From: the human T2T-CHM13v2.0 reference genome, Homo sapiens
DNA: 64,000 bases
Direction: 5' to 3' (one strand)
Assembly (NCBI RefSeq): GCF_009914755.1
Contig: NC_060926.1
In this document: piece by piece, positions 42,815 through 57,990 of the stretch
How the letters are laid out: each line of letters begins with the position of its first letter
Position numbering within the stretch: the first letter of the stretch is position 1
The notes under the pieces: generated by a model
Database searches by the model: none
What the model was told of the DNA's origin: nothing
What the model saw: only the letters and a program-made list of their open reading frames with translations
Program-made: the position numbers and the translations under genes

Positions 42815-44040
42815 TTAACGTCAATAATTTGACAAATATGTATGCTATTGATTTCTAAATGCAGCTGTTTCATACTGGTTAAAGATTACGCTTTATTCTC
42901 TTGAATAATTTAAAGTAGTAAATTATTGTTGAATTTTCCCTTTCAAAAAAGTCAACAGACATACATGAGAAGATTAATAGTTACAGAAAAGCAAAAGGAA
43001 ATTGATTTGTCATAAATATTTTCATAGACCTTTGTAATATTTTAAGATCAGAGAAACCAGCATCTTTTTCTCTTTTGATTTTTAAATTTTACTTCAACTC
43101 TACAATTACTTCCTTTGCAAGAATATTTTATCCAAATGTGTCACATAAATAGCTGTTAAATTATTACTAACCACTCAAAGATTATGCGTCTAAAAGAAAG
43201 GAGGTATGTATGTGTATATGTATTCAATTAATTTTTAAAAGCAGGGAAATAAATTTTCTCATTCATAGAAATATAATTCTCCCGAAATATATGAAAAACA
43301 CAGCCATAAGAATCATCTAATTAATTGGCATATTAATTCCTCTTCTTTCTGTACAGTACCAATGACAAATATTAGTCAGGTAATCACAGATAGGCATTCT
43401 AGAATCCCTGCTGAAGATGTTCCATTGAATTTACTAGGCCCAGTGTGCTAATTAATGCTGGTAGTGGGAAGTTAAGTAATTTACAATCTTACCCAGAAAG
43501 TTCATTAAAAATCCCATTTTTACATCTTTTTTTATTATTCTAGAGCATGCAATGCCATTTACTGGATGTTCAAGCACTGATATGAAGTGTAACAAATCCA
43601 GTGAGAATTACAAAGCATGATGAAAGCTCTATATCAATAGTTCTCTGTGGAAATTTCAAAATACCAATGCAGCTCGTTATTTCTCTTCTTCTGAATTCAA
43701 GATGGTCTGATGAGATTTAATTGTTCAATCGAACCTGTCATGAGCTCTGTCATTTTTGAAGTGTGAAATACTCTCAACTTGGGAGATTTCTCATCAGGAG
43801 ATGTACCACATTCGCTGCTCATGTCCTGTATCTGCCAGTTTGGCCACTGATGAAATCCATTTTATGTAGGGCCATTATATGGCCCTGAACTTTTAAAATG
43901 ATTACATTTATCCTATATAAACTAATAAAAATTAACTGATTCATTCCACATTTTTCCAAGCTGATGTATAACATTAAGATGAAATTTTGTTTCTCTCATT
44001 TATCAAATAATGAAACAATTATATTTATAGATTTATAATA

Positions 44041-44356
44041 TATATATTTGTATGTATGTATATATATATTATTTTTGAGACAGTCTCACTCTGTTGCCCA
44101 TGCTGAAGTGCAGTGGTGCAATCTTGGCTTATCGCAACCTCCGCTTCCCAGGTTCAAGCAATTCTCCTGCCTCAGCCTCCTGAGTAGCTGGGATTACAGG
44201 GGTCTGCCACCATGTCTGGATAATTTTTGTATTTTTAGGAGAGATGGGATTTCACCATGTTGGCCAGGCTAGTCTTGAACCCCTGACATCCAGTGATCCA
44301 TCCACCTCGGCCTCCTGAAGTGCTGGGATTACAGGATGAGTCACTGCCCCCAGCCT
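44041..44356 (-). mobile_element. AluS with a TA/TATG-converted tail
   Basis: Reverse dimer; TSD tagatttataata. Confidence 0.9.
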
Positions 44357-44571
44357 AGATTTATAATAGTTATATACTGACAATCTACATATTTCATTTT
44401 GTAGAAAGCATGGGTATATTAATGTAATGCCAATCTTTTAGAGAGTTGTATTGAGATGTAGATGTATTTCAACTACCAAGACTGAAAGGCTGGGGAGACA
44501 TCCGCAGATGATACTTAACTATAGAGCTTGAAAGAACATTTGGAGAGAAAGAGAAATAAGGGAATTGAAGA

Positions 44572-44870
44572 GGCTAGGCACAGTGCTCATACCTGTAATC
44601 TCAGCATTTTGGGAGGTGAAGGCAGGCAGATCACTTGAGGTCAGGAGCTCTGAGACAAGCCTGTCTCAAAACCCCATCTCTACTGAAAAAACAAAAATTA
44701 GCCAGGTGTGGTGGCTACACCTGTAATACCAACTACTCGGGAGGCTGAGGCATGAGAATCATTGAACCCTGGAGACAGAGGCTGCAGAGATTATACCACT
44801 GCACTACAGCTCAAGTAACAGAGTGAGACTGTCTCAACAAACAAACAAACAAACAAACAAACAAAAAACA
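44572..44870 (+). mobile_element. AluS/J with (CAAA)n tail
   Basis: Diverged dimer with small deletions. Confidence 0.88.
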
Positions 44871-44927
44871 AGAAGTAAAGAGAAATAGGTTAGGAAAGAC
44901 CATGTACTTGTAAAAATAAGAGAATGT

Positions 44928-45446
<519 letters not shown>

Positions 45447-47833
45447 CTAACCATATACATTTCATATATCCTTTGTTTAGTCTCTAAGAAGAAATTAATA
45501 GTGAAGGAGAGAAAAAGTAAAAAATAATGAAATGAATTCTTAGTTACAATAAGGTTCTTTTTCTGTTAAATATAAAGTAGAAAATATAGTAAAATTGAAA
45601 GGTAATAATTTATGTAACAAATTTTTGTTTTATGTTTAAATTTATATTATCTATCAAATTATAAATACTAGCTTGGCTTAATAATTTATAATGATATTGA
45701 TGTTGAAACCTCATGCCCCAAATCTCTAGTGGAGCTAGAAAGTCCACTTGATTAATAAGAATTCTCAACTCTCCAGTGATCTTTGTCAAAAATGATATAT
45801 TAAGTCACTAATTGTACTTTGAAATCCAAATAGGTAGTGATGTTAACACCTTAAAGAGTCCTAAATTGGTCATATTTCATACTAATGAAGCTTTTACGCT
45901 ACCTGCAGTAATTCTGTTAATGGGATTGTCTTTAATACAGATGCTTTTATCAGCATATTCTAGTAAAAATGGTATTTTCATTGCTTAAATTTTAAGTTTA
46001 GTCATATTGTACCATTGATTTCTAAGTGCTAGAGGTCCTTGTTCATTTGGCAATACTTTCACAGAGCATAGAACACCCAATTATACCTATAGAATCAAAT
46101 CTTTAAAAGATGAGGAAAATCTTGTTAACAGGAGTAAAGTACACTGAGCATCATATAGTAAATGTTTCCCCCTAAAAACTTCATTGGAATTATATCTAGA
46201 AAATTTGACATGTATATTTACAGCTTAAAACAAAGCATATGTTTGTTCACAGTTTGGAAAAGTGGGTAAATATTTTTAAATGCTCTGTTTGGAAATTCTT
46301 TCTCTCTTGCACACCTTCCCTCTCTCTGTCATATTTTCTAACGTTATGTTTTCAGATACGATCTCATATGTATGCGTTATTCACTGAGATTTACAATAGT
46401 ACTGTGAGTTTTTACACATAATTATATTCTATGGAAATCAGAAAATGTTTCAATGTTTTATTTACTGAGTACCAGTATTTTATTCTCAATTACGTAATCT
46501 ATTTCCCATGACTTGAATGGCAGTACAATTATTTTGATACAGAAAAAGTTTCATTACTGAATTGCTAGTGAAAAATATCCTTGTTTATTATTGTGGACAT
46601 GACCCCAAAAATTCAGAGAACAAACAGATAACCATTTGGGTATTATATACATTCTCAGGTTATACGTTCTCAGGTATATGTATGTATATACATTCTCTTG
46701 GGTGCACATACGTTCTGTATATGTGAATCTATGAACATTCATAAATTCTCAACAATGAACGGAATGCAATAAATACTTCAGATAAATGTTTAAAGCAATT
46801 TTTTATTCTAAAGTTATTAATTTTTTATGAATACGTAATATGTTTTCTTCTGCTTGGGGCAAGTAAAGATTCCAAACCAGCGTGACCCAATCCCTGTACA
46901 GGGAAGGCAAATCCTAATCTGATCTCCATTTTATCTCCTGATGTGCAGGCAGCGCTCTCAATTGGTATGTTCAATAAATGCTGCTTGCTTGATGGTCATT
47001 ACCTATCTGCAGAAATAGCAATCCCCTTGGTTTTCTATTATTACCCCTGCTCTTCTCTGCTTTAGTCTACATACCCCAAATCCTTTAGATGAAAATCCCT
47101 ATCTTAGTGTTCAAAATCATTCTGGAAAACTTTTCCTAAGAAAAGTATGTGAAGCTAAGGATTTTCATGGAAGAGACTAATGTATGAAAGTACAGTATAT
47201 TTTTTTTTGGTTGATTTTTTTTTTTTTTTTTTTTTTTAGAAAGAGAATTGTGCTAATGTCATGGATTATGAAGCAAAAAGTAAGAAAGGACTAGCAGATG
47301 TGGGGCTGTACTGGCTGCCATCTCTAATCCATTTGCCATTTGGGTAGTGTGACAAGTCTACCTATGTAAACCATCTGTTATTTCTCTCACTCCATTTCAC
47401 TGCACACAATTTGGACAAGCAAAAACAAAAAAGCAAAATGATTACAGCCAAACAATGTAGTGCTTTGGATATGGAATTCTTTTGTTGATGTAGTCCATTT
47501 GAAGTCCCCTAGTTCATTCAGATTCTGGGCTTAACTATGCATTGTATATATTTTGCCAGGATATATTTTCTTATTCTTGTATTTTTTTAGTCAAGAACAG
47601 GATAAGACCTCTTTGAAGACCTGACAAATTAAGACTCCTAAGGCAGGTTTGCTAATGCTTTCAAAGCTCATTATGCATCTATATTAAAGACATTTCTCCT
47701 ACAGTAGTAAGCAACATTTTCCTTTTTTCTCTGTTTTTATTAGAAGCAAGAATAGAAACCTTTTATTGTTGAATTGAGGAGCTAATATAAAAAAGAGCAC
47801 ATTACGTATTCAAGACCTGGCACAAATTCATTA

Positions 47834-48007
<174 letters not shown>

Positions 48008-49709
48008 TTAAAGGAAAGTATAATTATCTTATTAAATAATAATAAATACTTACTAAACTATAATACTCTCTGATTTCTTTTGTTATATTTCCAAACTCTG
48101 TTTCTAAGGGAAACAGTAAAATCACTGTCACATTTAAAAATGCAGCTCGTAGTGACATTTTATTGTTCAAACTTTCCTCCTCCTCTACAGTTAGACTCTT
48201 CAATTTAACTTTTCTTTTTCTTAGAAAAGAATATATAATATTCTTATATTTTACATAACATGTAAGTATATAGATGTAAATAAAAGCGTATTTCAAATTA
48301 ATATAAAATCAGCTTTTATTATTTACATACTTAAACATAATCATGTAGTTTTGTACGATACGTATTTGTAAATAAATGGCAAAATCTAACAAAATATCTA
48401 AACAACAATTATAAAATATACATTGTTCTCCCACTTTTTATTTGTTAAAAGTGTGTAAGCTTTTGATCATGTGTGCTCTCCATTACCGGTCTCTTCACAA
48501 TTGTTAACCTTCTCTATTTCTTCTAGTGACCCTTTCTCCAAAATTGCATTAATTTATACCGGTACCACCTACTGAGTGTTCATTTGATATCAGAGAATCT
48601 ACAGTGTGCCACAGATAAAAAAATAGAGATCTCCCCCTCTTATTGTATTATTTCAAATTGTGAAAGCAAAACTGTAAGGAAATGATTATTGTTTCATTTT
48701 ATAAAGAATCTGAGACTCTATGAAGATTAAGTAACTTAATCAAATTTACATATTTCATCTCCCTATCTGAAAAACTTGTGTTCTTTCCAAGACTCCATGA
48801 GAGGCTTTAAAACATTTAAGGCAATGCAGTAATTTAAAATAAAGTTATAATGTAAAAGGATTTGAATGATTTAGACTTATCAAGAAGAATAGAATTAATG
48901 GCCACAAATTGAGACCACAAATCAATTTCTACCTAGAAGTTAAAATAAGGTTATTTAACTCTATTTGGGCAATTAAAGATATTTTTACATGTAATACCAC
49001 CTCCATCTCCTTAGCCCTTTGCCCCTAGCTCACAGAGGGCTGACAGCTGATAAAAAGTGTCAAATAACTAGCCACAGCTCTTTTCTAAGATACTCAGTGA
49101 AGAGGTTTTGAATATTAAAGCTGGTGCCATGCAACACAGTTCTCTTCATTCTAGCATTCATGGGAATCAAATCCTGGCCCCCAGGTCCCTCCTGAAACTA
49201 AACCTACAAGTCACAGTGTCGAATGCCTTGCAGAACTCCCCTCAAGGAAGATACCAAGTGAAAAGACTTCTACTCTCATAAAGGTAAAAGACATCCATGA
49301 AAGATAAACAGTCCTTCTTTGTTAAACATCACAGGAAATCAAGGATCTCCAGCTCAATGGGAAATAGTAGCACAATGAAAAATAAACACTAAGATAAACA
49401 TAGGTGCACAAATAATAATTTAGAAAAAATCCTTTTGTTTTAAATTATCTAATATCTAATTAACATACTCAAGAGATTCTAGTACATATACCCCTCAAGA
49501 AAGTAAAAGATGCTGTAAAAAATGAACAATTACAAAAGAAGAGTCTTTAGAGATTAAAAAATCTACCAAGAAGTATTTTTCAATAGAATGATCAGAAAAT
49601 ATGGTAGAGGCAACCTTCCATAATATAGAGAAAAAAGACCAAAGAAACCTCAGAAAATGGTAGGAAAAAAGTAAAAAAAAGATTAGTAGAATATTTGTTT
49701 TGAAAGCCC

Positions 49710-50876
49710 AGTAGCATTAAACTGTACTAGGAATCACTGAATTCACTACTGCCATGCACTCACAGGGGGAAAAAAATGCCAGTTTTACTTAAAAATTACC
49801 TTAATTGATCAATAAAAACTATTAATTTTATTAAAGCTAGGACATGACATTTTAATATTGTGTCACAAAATGAAAAGTGCATAAGGTCCTTCTGCTGCCT
49901 ACCAACATACAGTTGCCTGGAGGGAATGTCTTATGAGATTGCTTGAACTGCAAAAAGAATTAGCTACTTTTTTCATAGAACATCATTTTATCTTTGAAGA
50001 ATGACTGACAGACTATGGCTATTCAGAGTTCAATATTTAAAAGATGTTTACTCAAAAATGAATGGAATATAAAAACTGTCATATAAGAAAACTGAGATAA
50101 TTTATTTTCAATGATAAAATTAAAGCTTTCAAATGAAGATTAGAGTGTTGGAAAACTTCTCTCAATACCGTAAGTCTGACAGCTTCCTAATACCTAAAAA
50201 TTTTTCTAATGAGATTTCTGGAAATATTCATGAATGCATTTTTTTTATATGGTATAATGAAACATGTCTACACTGGGAAGATATACATAACTGAAAGAAG
50301 CAATGTTTTTCAAATGAACAACACAAGCTGAGCCAAAATCATGCATAGTAAATGATTAATTTGTAGTGAAAATTAGGCCAATACATTATATATGAGAGGA
50401 AATAAAAATTTAATGATATGCTCTTTGCTATTCACCTTTAAGAAACTAACAGGTGTTGAGTTTTGGTGTAGTTTTAAAAGAAGAATGTCTACAATCATCT
50501 GAAAAAGCTTTTAAAATAATCCTCTCTATTCTAATGCCACATATATGAACGCACACAACATCTCCTGAATCAGATATGAAAATTCAGCTATATTATATTA
50601 AGACATTCAGAAAATTTGTAAAATATAGACCATTGCCACTGTCCTAATTGTTTTAAGAAAATATAACTATTAACATTAAAAATATAATATATAAACATTA
50701 ATGTTTATTTTGTAATGTTTAAGTGAATTTGTAATAAATATTTTTAAAATTTTGTCAGGTTTAATATCTAATAATATGTGGGTTATGTATAACCCACATC
50801 TAAAAAACTCTTAGGGATCTCAATAATTTTTAAGACTATAAAATGGTCCTGCAACCAAAAAGTTTGAGGACGATGG
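49710..50876 (+). mobile_element. Charlie1a hAT DNA transposon, 5'-truncated, within old L1-like sequence
   Basis: aaactgtactag...aaaaaatgccagttt...gaatgactgacagactatgg; 3' terminus tcctgcaaccaaaaagtttgaggacgatg. Confidence 0.82.
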
Positions 50877-51161
50877 TTTCAAGTGATTCACCAGCAAAAA
50901 GAATAGAAAAAATGAATATATGCATGTAACATTTCAGAACACTGTGCTTAAAAAAAATCTTTTTTAAAAGTTTGGAGATAAGAAAAAGGTAAGTCACTTA
51001 CAAAGAATTACCCAGTCCTTCTTTGCAAACTACCATGCTAGACTTCTCTTCACCATTGCTAGAAACTAGAAAACAGTGAAGCAATGCCTAGGAAATTCTT
51101 AGGGGAAATTACAATCTAGGTAGAACTCTGTAGTAAACTATGAATTAAGTGTAAGAAGTGT

Positions 51162-51462
51162 GGCCGGGCATGGTGGCTCACGCCTGTAATCCCAGCACTT
51201 TGGGAGGCCAAAGTGGGTGGATCACGAGGTCAGGAGTTCGAGGCCAGCCTGACCAACATGGTGAAACCCCGTCTCTACTAAAAATACAGAAATTAGCCAG
51301 GCATGGTGATGTGCGCCTGTAATCCCAGCTACTCAGGAGGCTGAGTCAGGAGAAACACTTGAACCCGGGAGTCAGAGGTTGCAGTGAGGCAAGATCGTGC
51401 CACTGCACTCGAGCCCGGGTGACAGAGCGAGACTCTGTCTCAAAAAAAAAAAAAAAAAAAAA
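51162..51462 (+). mobile_element. AluSg
   Basis: Full dimer, ggatcacgaggtcaggagttcg. Confidence 0.93.
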
Positions 51463-51500
51463 GTGTGTGTGTGTGTGTGGTGTGTCTGTCTCTCTGTGAG

Positions 51501-51532
<32 letters not shown>
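51463..51532. repeat. Compound (TG)n microsatellite at the Alu 3' junction
   Basis: Directly visible; begins in the TSD (aagtgt). Confidence 0.9.
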
Positions 51533-51535
<3 letters not shown>

Positions 51536-53214
51536 CAGTGCAGAGGGGAGATATATATCATAAATTTACCTCCCATGAACTCTTTCTTAAACAGAAACTG
51601 AAAGTTAAGCTGGAACAAAATGAGAAAATAAGTCAAGATAATGAGAAGGAATCTAAAAAACAGGAAACTGAACAAAGCCAGATGGCAAAGGAAAGCCCCA
51701 GAATAAATGCTATGAGGCAAGCATAAAAAGCTGTCTATATTGGATCATGAGAATAGAAGACTCTGGGAGTAAGAACTCCAGGAAAAGAGAAAGAAAAAAA
51801 GGAAGGAAGAAGAAAAAAAGAAATGAAAAAAGAAAGTAAGGGAGGGAGGAAGGGAAGAAAATAGTACAACTACAACTAATAGCAGACAGCTATAAGAGAT
51901 TTGTCCCTAAGAAGTAGGAGTGGCGATAGAAAGATCAGAGTAGGAGACATTGCTATTGATAATCGATGAGTCTCTTCTGTCTTATTTGTTCTGTTATTAT
52001 GTGTTTATTACTTCAGAAATAAAATTTATAAAAATATTAAAGGATAAATTATGAGCAAAATCAAAAATTAACAAGAGGAATTTTCCTGAAGTGTAGAATT
52101 GAGGGCCTACTGGGCTGGCTGTCTGACTAAAGAAAAAGGCCATTGTTAAAGTCCAAATCAAAATGTGTTCCATTTCTGTCTCCTAGGCCAAAGCCCCTCA
52201 CCATGGGGACATGGGTGATTGAGTGAGGCTAAGACTATAACACTGGAGCACAGGGGTGTTTTTATTTGGACCACCCCTAACTGATTGTGCCACTCAGGAA
52301 ATGAAGATGTTCCCTCCTTACTCACCCTCTCGGACCCAATGGGTCTTGAGCAGAAACTACACACATTAAAGCTAAAGAGAGCCGTGGGGGTAGATGATTC
52401 TCCAAGATGTATCTCTCTGCAAATCCTCACATTTCATTCAGCCAAGTATTTTATTATGGGCCTGGGTTACATTCATTTAAAACTGAACATTTGAACACAT
52501 CTCTATGGCAGGATAATAAAAAAAAGATTTTTCTGATTGCATTATTTTTATTGCTACAGGAGACTAGAAACAAAACTTAGAAAAAAATCTTTCTTCCTTG
52601 ACAACTAGAAGGTAGCCAAACAGTGGGAGACACTGTGGTTGTTTACCCTACCCTTTGGCCCTGGAGAAAACTAATTTCCACAGGCAACATATAAAATGCC
52701 AACCTCACCCTTTTGTGGCTCCCTAGACAGTAGAGATATCTATGAAACTCAGTTCTGGATCATAGTTTTGGGTGGGTAGGGCTTCTAAGAGTAGCACAAA
52801 ACCACACTCTGTTCACACATAAAGTTTCTGAGCGTGATCAATTGGATTCTGATGGCATGGTACAGGGTCAGTAAATAAATGGGTAAAGGAGCAGATACAA
52901 AGAACCACGGCCTTGAAGACCATGACCAAAGGAGCTTGTGCTCATCAAGGACCATTAGGACTCAGACAACAGGCATCTCAAGAATGACCAGTGTGAATCT
53001 AAGACCCCAACTGTCCTGGAAAAATTATTCTAGGTTGTTGCAGTCATCTAAAAGCTTATCTTTCATCATGCATAATTCTTGCTTAAGATTCTTCAAAGCC
53101 TCCTCATTATATACAGCTTCAAATTTTAAATTCTCTTATCAGATTGTTAAAGCCCTACAAATCAAATTTATTCCACCTACTAAGACTCCTTTCTAATTCC
53201 AGTCTTATCATCTT

Positions 53215-53425
53215 ACAATATTCATTAATCCATTTATTCAATTAATATTGACATCTATTATTTGTAAAGTATGATTGCAGATGATGGAAAAATGACAGGA
53301 GACAAGAGTAGTAAGGTCTCTGCCATTATAGACCTAATATTCTAGTAATAGAGACAGACATAGATAAATAACCAAATAGAAAAGAAATAAGTGAAGACTG
53401 CTATTAGTGCTATGAAGAAAATAGT
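53215..53425 (-). mobile_element. L2 3' end
   Basis: ttcattaatccatttattcaa...atattctagtaatagagacagaca. Confidence 0.6.
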
Positions 53426-53961
53426 CACGGTTCAATTCTTATTTATGATGGTTTCCATACATATGTCTTCACATAACTCCACTATGTTCACCTTTCAGTG
53501 CACAAGTATAACCGCATCCTCTGTAAAGTATTTCAGACTAGCACAGCCCACACTGATACTTCTTTCTCCCTCATTCTAAGGCTCCTCTACAGATAGAATG
53601 ACATGATTTTGTATTTAATGGTTGCTTTTCCTTATCGTTTCATTTGTACTAATTTTGACTCCTTATCCAGGGATGAAAGCTCTTGAGAGCAAGGATCCTG
53701 TCTTGTAATTCTTTATATTCTTCACAATGTTTTGCATTCTTTTGAACTTTGTTTTTGACTGCATAATTATTACTTGGAATCATATTTGTTCATCTCACAT
53801 TTTTTGTTGTTGTTGTTTCACACTGTTATTGACATGAAGATGTTCGAATCTTCAGAAATTATTGAAATTCAAACACTGCTTGCTTAAGCTGTACGTAAGC
53901 AGGGAGCTAATATAGGGTAGGGGTTAAGCTGTGTATAAGCAATGAGGAGTAAATCTACTTC

Positions 53962-54361
53962 ATGGTTAGGGGCTAAATTGTTAACTCCCACCCAAAATTC
54001 ATATGCTAAATTCTTAAGTCCCAGTACTTCAGACTGAGACTGTATTTAGAGAAAGAGTCTTTAAAGAGATATTTAATAATTAAGTCTAAACGAGGCCCCA
54101 TTAGGACGGATCTTAATCCAGTGTGACTGGTTTTCTTATAGGAAGAGGACATTGGGACACAGATATGCACTGAGGAAAGGCCATGTGAAACCACAGGGAG
54201 AAGACCGTCATCTACAAATAAGGAGAGTGACCTTAGAAGAATCCTGCCCTGCCAACACCTTGATCTCAGACCTCTCGCCTCCAGAACTACCAGAAAACCA
54301 ACTTCTGTCAAGCCATCCAGTCTGTGGGACTTTGTTATGGAAGCTCTAGCAAAATAATACA
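53962..54361 (+). mobile_element. MLT1B MaLR LTR
   Basis: ggctaaattg...aaaattcatatgctaaattctta...tttgttatggaagctctagcaaaataataca. Confidence 0.85.
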
Positions 54362-54509
54362 TTCACTAACAGAGATATTACAGGAATTAATGGATTATTT
54401 TAATATTCATATGTTAAATATGTTAATATTGATAATTAACATAAATATAAATTGATCCTACCATACAGTCTCCAAAATCTTCTCCAAAAGAGAGAGAGAG
54501 AGAAGGAAA

Positions 54510-54750
54510 ATAATATTTACCAAGCACTTACTAAGTTCCAGGCCCTTTGCAAGTCTCTAAATTGAGTAAATACAATTGTCTTATTTCATTGTCATAAAAG
54601 CGATATGATGTGTTAACACACACACTGTTAAAAATAAGCAAATGGAAAAGTGAAAGGTGGCCTTCCTGAAGGTCACACAGCAGGAGTATGGCATTAACTC
54701 CCAGTCAGCACTACTTGAATTTCAATGCTTTTTCCACTACACTGCCCTAT
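54510..54750 (-). mobile_element. MIR
   Basis: atttaccaagcacttactaagttccagg...ggtcacacagc. Confidence 0.6.
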
Positions 54751-55039
54751 TCGAAAATAGTCTCCCATTGGACCTAATAACACTATACTACTCAGTGCAA
54801 ACATAACTTGAGTAATATAAATTGAATTAAAGTTTCAATCCAAATTAAAGGCTGTTGCAATACATATTTCAATTATATTTTAGAATTATAATTATTACAT
54901 TTTTTATAATGCTTTACCTCTTAAGATGTATCATTAAAACTAATAACTTATTTTTGAAATATTCAGAGTATGTATTTTTACTGCACTATGCCAGAATTGT
55001 TGAGATCCATGACTTAAAATTAGATTTTTCTAAAAAATC

Positions 55040-55190
55040 AGCCCTTCATGTCTAAAATAGAAAATATACCTAGTTACATTTGAATTCCAGATAAATAAAG
55101 AGTAGTTTACTAGGATATACAAAAAAAAGTCTTGTTATTTATTTGGAATTAAATTTTAACTGGGTGTCTTGTATTTTATCTGACCAATTT
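55040..55190. mobile_element. MER53 palindromic hAT MITE with central deletion
   Basis: ctagttacatttgaattccagataaa...tttggaattaaattttaactgggtgtcttgtattttatctg. Confidence 0.7.
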
Positions 55191-55627
55191 TATCTCTTCT
55201 CTCTCCTGGCAAACCAAAATTTATAAGAAAACAATAAAAAATTCATAAGGCTACACAGATGAAGAATAGGAGAGAAGACCATGGCAATAAAAAACAGAAG
55301 TGGATTGAAAGTAGATTATACCTGGTCATGAGTTAATAGATAAAATGAAAATCTAGACCTGCAATAGGAGGAGGTCAGATGCAAGTTAATTTGTACTGCA
55401 GAAGCTCAGACTAGATTAGAAATTGTGGGCCTTAAAATGTCTAAAAATAGGGAGATTGATGCAATTGAAAATAGGAGGATTGCTTTAGTCTATTAAAAAA
55501 GTGGTTAGAATCCAGAGTACACTGCCAAGGGAGTGTCTTTCCTCAAGCCTGGTGAAAGATTAGAAATTCACCCAAAAGGATTACCCCCCAGGACACTGAG
55601 AAGAAGGATTACGTGATAATCTACATT

Positions 55628-55965
55628 AGAAGTTCTCAAATTTCAGCATGAATTAGAATTACCTGGAGAACTACTTAAACAGTAGATTGTTGGGCTCCAC
55701 CCCAGACTGTATGATCCAGTAGTTCAAGGGTGGGGCCCAACAATTTGCATTTATGAAAAGTTCTCAGGTGATGCAGATGTGCTGATGCTGCTGGCCCAGT
55801 GGGTCTTCACCTGAGACAAACATTAGAATCACCTGGAAGACCTTTTTAAAAATGTCTGGGTGCCACCCCTAGAGATTGTCACTGAATTGTTTTGGCCTAT
55901 GTCACGAACATAAGACTTTTTCAAATCTCCCACCATAATGTTCAAATAGGGTTAAGAACCACAGA
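55628..55965. mobile_element. Adjacent MER5A and MER5B-like MITEs, embedded in ancient L1/HAL1-like sequence (about 55.2-57.2 kb)
   Basis: gttctcaaatttcagcatgaattagaattacctggag...ggggcccaacaatttgcattt; cattagaatcacctgg...gggttaagaaccac. Confidence 0.72.
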
Positions 55966-56123
55966 CCTAACTGCTAAATTAGACCTCAGTCCCCTACCCT
56001 GACTTTTGGGGAGGCTGACATCCAGGTTTCTATGCCCCATGTGAGATATTAAAAGGTTTCCCTATTGGGGGAAACTGTCTAGACCAATGCTCCGAAGAAA
56101 GAGATAATTGGAGGATTCTGCCT

Positions 56124-56124
<1 letters not shown>

Positions 56125-56172
<48 letters not shown>
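56125..56172. repeat. (CA)n microsatellite
   Basis: About 23 uninterrupted CA units. Confidence 0.97.
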
Positions 56173-56177
<5 letters not shown>

Positions 56178-57399
56178 CTCAGTGCAGCTATTTTTAAAGA
56201 TGTTTATCATTACTTAAGGTCTCCTGCTTGAACTCAGAATTTCTGATGATCTCTTTAGGAAAATGAAGACACAGCCCGGAAACACCAGATAATTAAAGAA
56301 TGACTACACCATGAGCAAGAAATCAAATTAAGTAAACAGAAAAGAAAAACTCAGAAGAAACAGAAGCAGCAGCAAAAATAGAAAACAATACAGAATAAAA
56401 TGAAAACAAATAAATATCCTCAGAGAGATTACAGAAATGATATACATGAAGCTAGAGGAGGTTATAATGAAGAAAAGGTAAAAAAAAAAATTGAACTCTG
56501 AGAAATTAAAAGGAGTATAGCTGAATTTAAAATGCTGATAGAAAGTTTAAAGTTGAAAAAATCCTCAAGGAAATTTTTTTTAAGGAAGGAAATAAACAGA
56601 AAATGAAAGTTCACCCTCTAAGTTATACGATCTTAAGAGATAGTTGTAAAACAAATAAAAGAAACATTTAAAAAATAATTTGACATTATTTTTCAGAACT
56701 GAAGGACATCAGTTTTTAGATTGAAACTGCCAAATAAGTTCCCAGCAAAACAGACACATGTTGTCATGAAATGCCAGAATAAAGAGAGAAAAAAAAGATT
56801 CTACAAGTTTCTAGAGTGAAGGAGTAATGATCAAAAGACATTATAGTATAATAGCATTGGACTTCTCAACTCCAACTTATTATTGAGAAGACAAGAATGT
56901 CTGAAAAGATTTGATACCAAATTATTTCCAATCTGGATTTCCATACTCAATTAATGAAATGTAAACATAAAAGACAGCATTGTCTTGATAAATCTGCTTC
57001 ACAAGCACCTTTCTCAGAAAGCTGCTGGAAGCTGTACTTCACTACATCAAAGGAGTAAACTGGAAAAGAGTATATGATATATAGGAAATTGAGAGAGAGG
57101 CAAAAGAGAACCTTCCTGCGTGACAATGATTAGAGATCCAGGCAGGACAGCAGCAAATCTAGAGAGCAAGCTGGCATTTGGAAGCAAGAAATCAGAGAAC
57201 TTCAAGAAAAATACAAGTTAAGGGGACAGCCATATTTTGAGATTCCATAGTATCAAGTCAAATAATATCTACAACTTTTAAAAAATCAACATATTTTTTA
57301 GAATATCAAAATCAATATCACCAATATCAAAAGACACCCTAGGAATTTGGGAAGGGTGGGAAGTATTCTCACTTACGACTTCGCTAACTACCCCCTATA

Positions 57400-57990
57400 C
57401 CGCCCCAACAGCTCCCAAATCTCAATGTTATCCCTAAATATCCTCCTGATGTATTTAACTGTACAGTAGGTATTTCTACCTAAATACAACAAAGCCACCT
57501 CAACTTTACATTACCAAAATAAAATTTAATTTATTTTTCCCAATTATGAGTCTTTCCCAGCAGACTTTTCTCAGCAAATGGTACCCACTCAGTCATCAGA
57601 GGCGAGGCCAGACGGTCACTGTTTTTTCCCTCTCCACCTCGATTGCTTCTCCTAGACCCCAGTCTAAATTGCCCACTTAACTATTTGTCCTCATTGTCTC
57701 AGGAAAGCTTTACTTCCTCATCTTCCCCGTAGAAACTGCTTAGCTCAGGGTCTCATCACTTCTCATTCTCCTGACTGCCATTGCTAAGTGAACACTGGAG
57801 TAATCATTCTAAAATGCAAATGTGAGCATGTCCCTCTGCTGTTTAAAACTCTCCAATGGCTTCCCCCTGCCAAAGGCATGGCACAAAGGCCATCCATGAT
57901 TAGATGCCTGCTTAATTTTCCATCTCCAGATCTGTGACTGCCCAAAGTGCTCTGTGTTCCAGGAATATTGAATTGCAGTCAACTTTCAAT
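57400..57990 (+). mobile_element. L2
   Basis: ctcagcaaatggtaccc...tctaaaatgcaaatgtgagcatgtc...aaaactctccaatggcttccc. Confidence 0.7.

Noticed and set aside
46640-46745. Degenerate (tatacrttctc) repeats
   Set aside because: Short decayed low-complexity repeat with no further structure.
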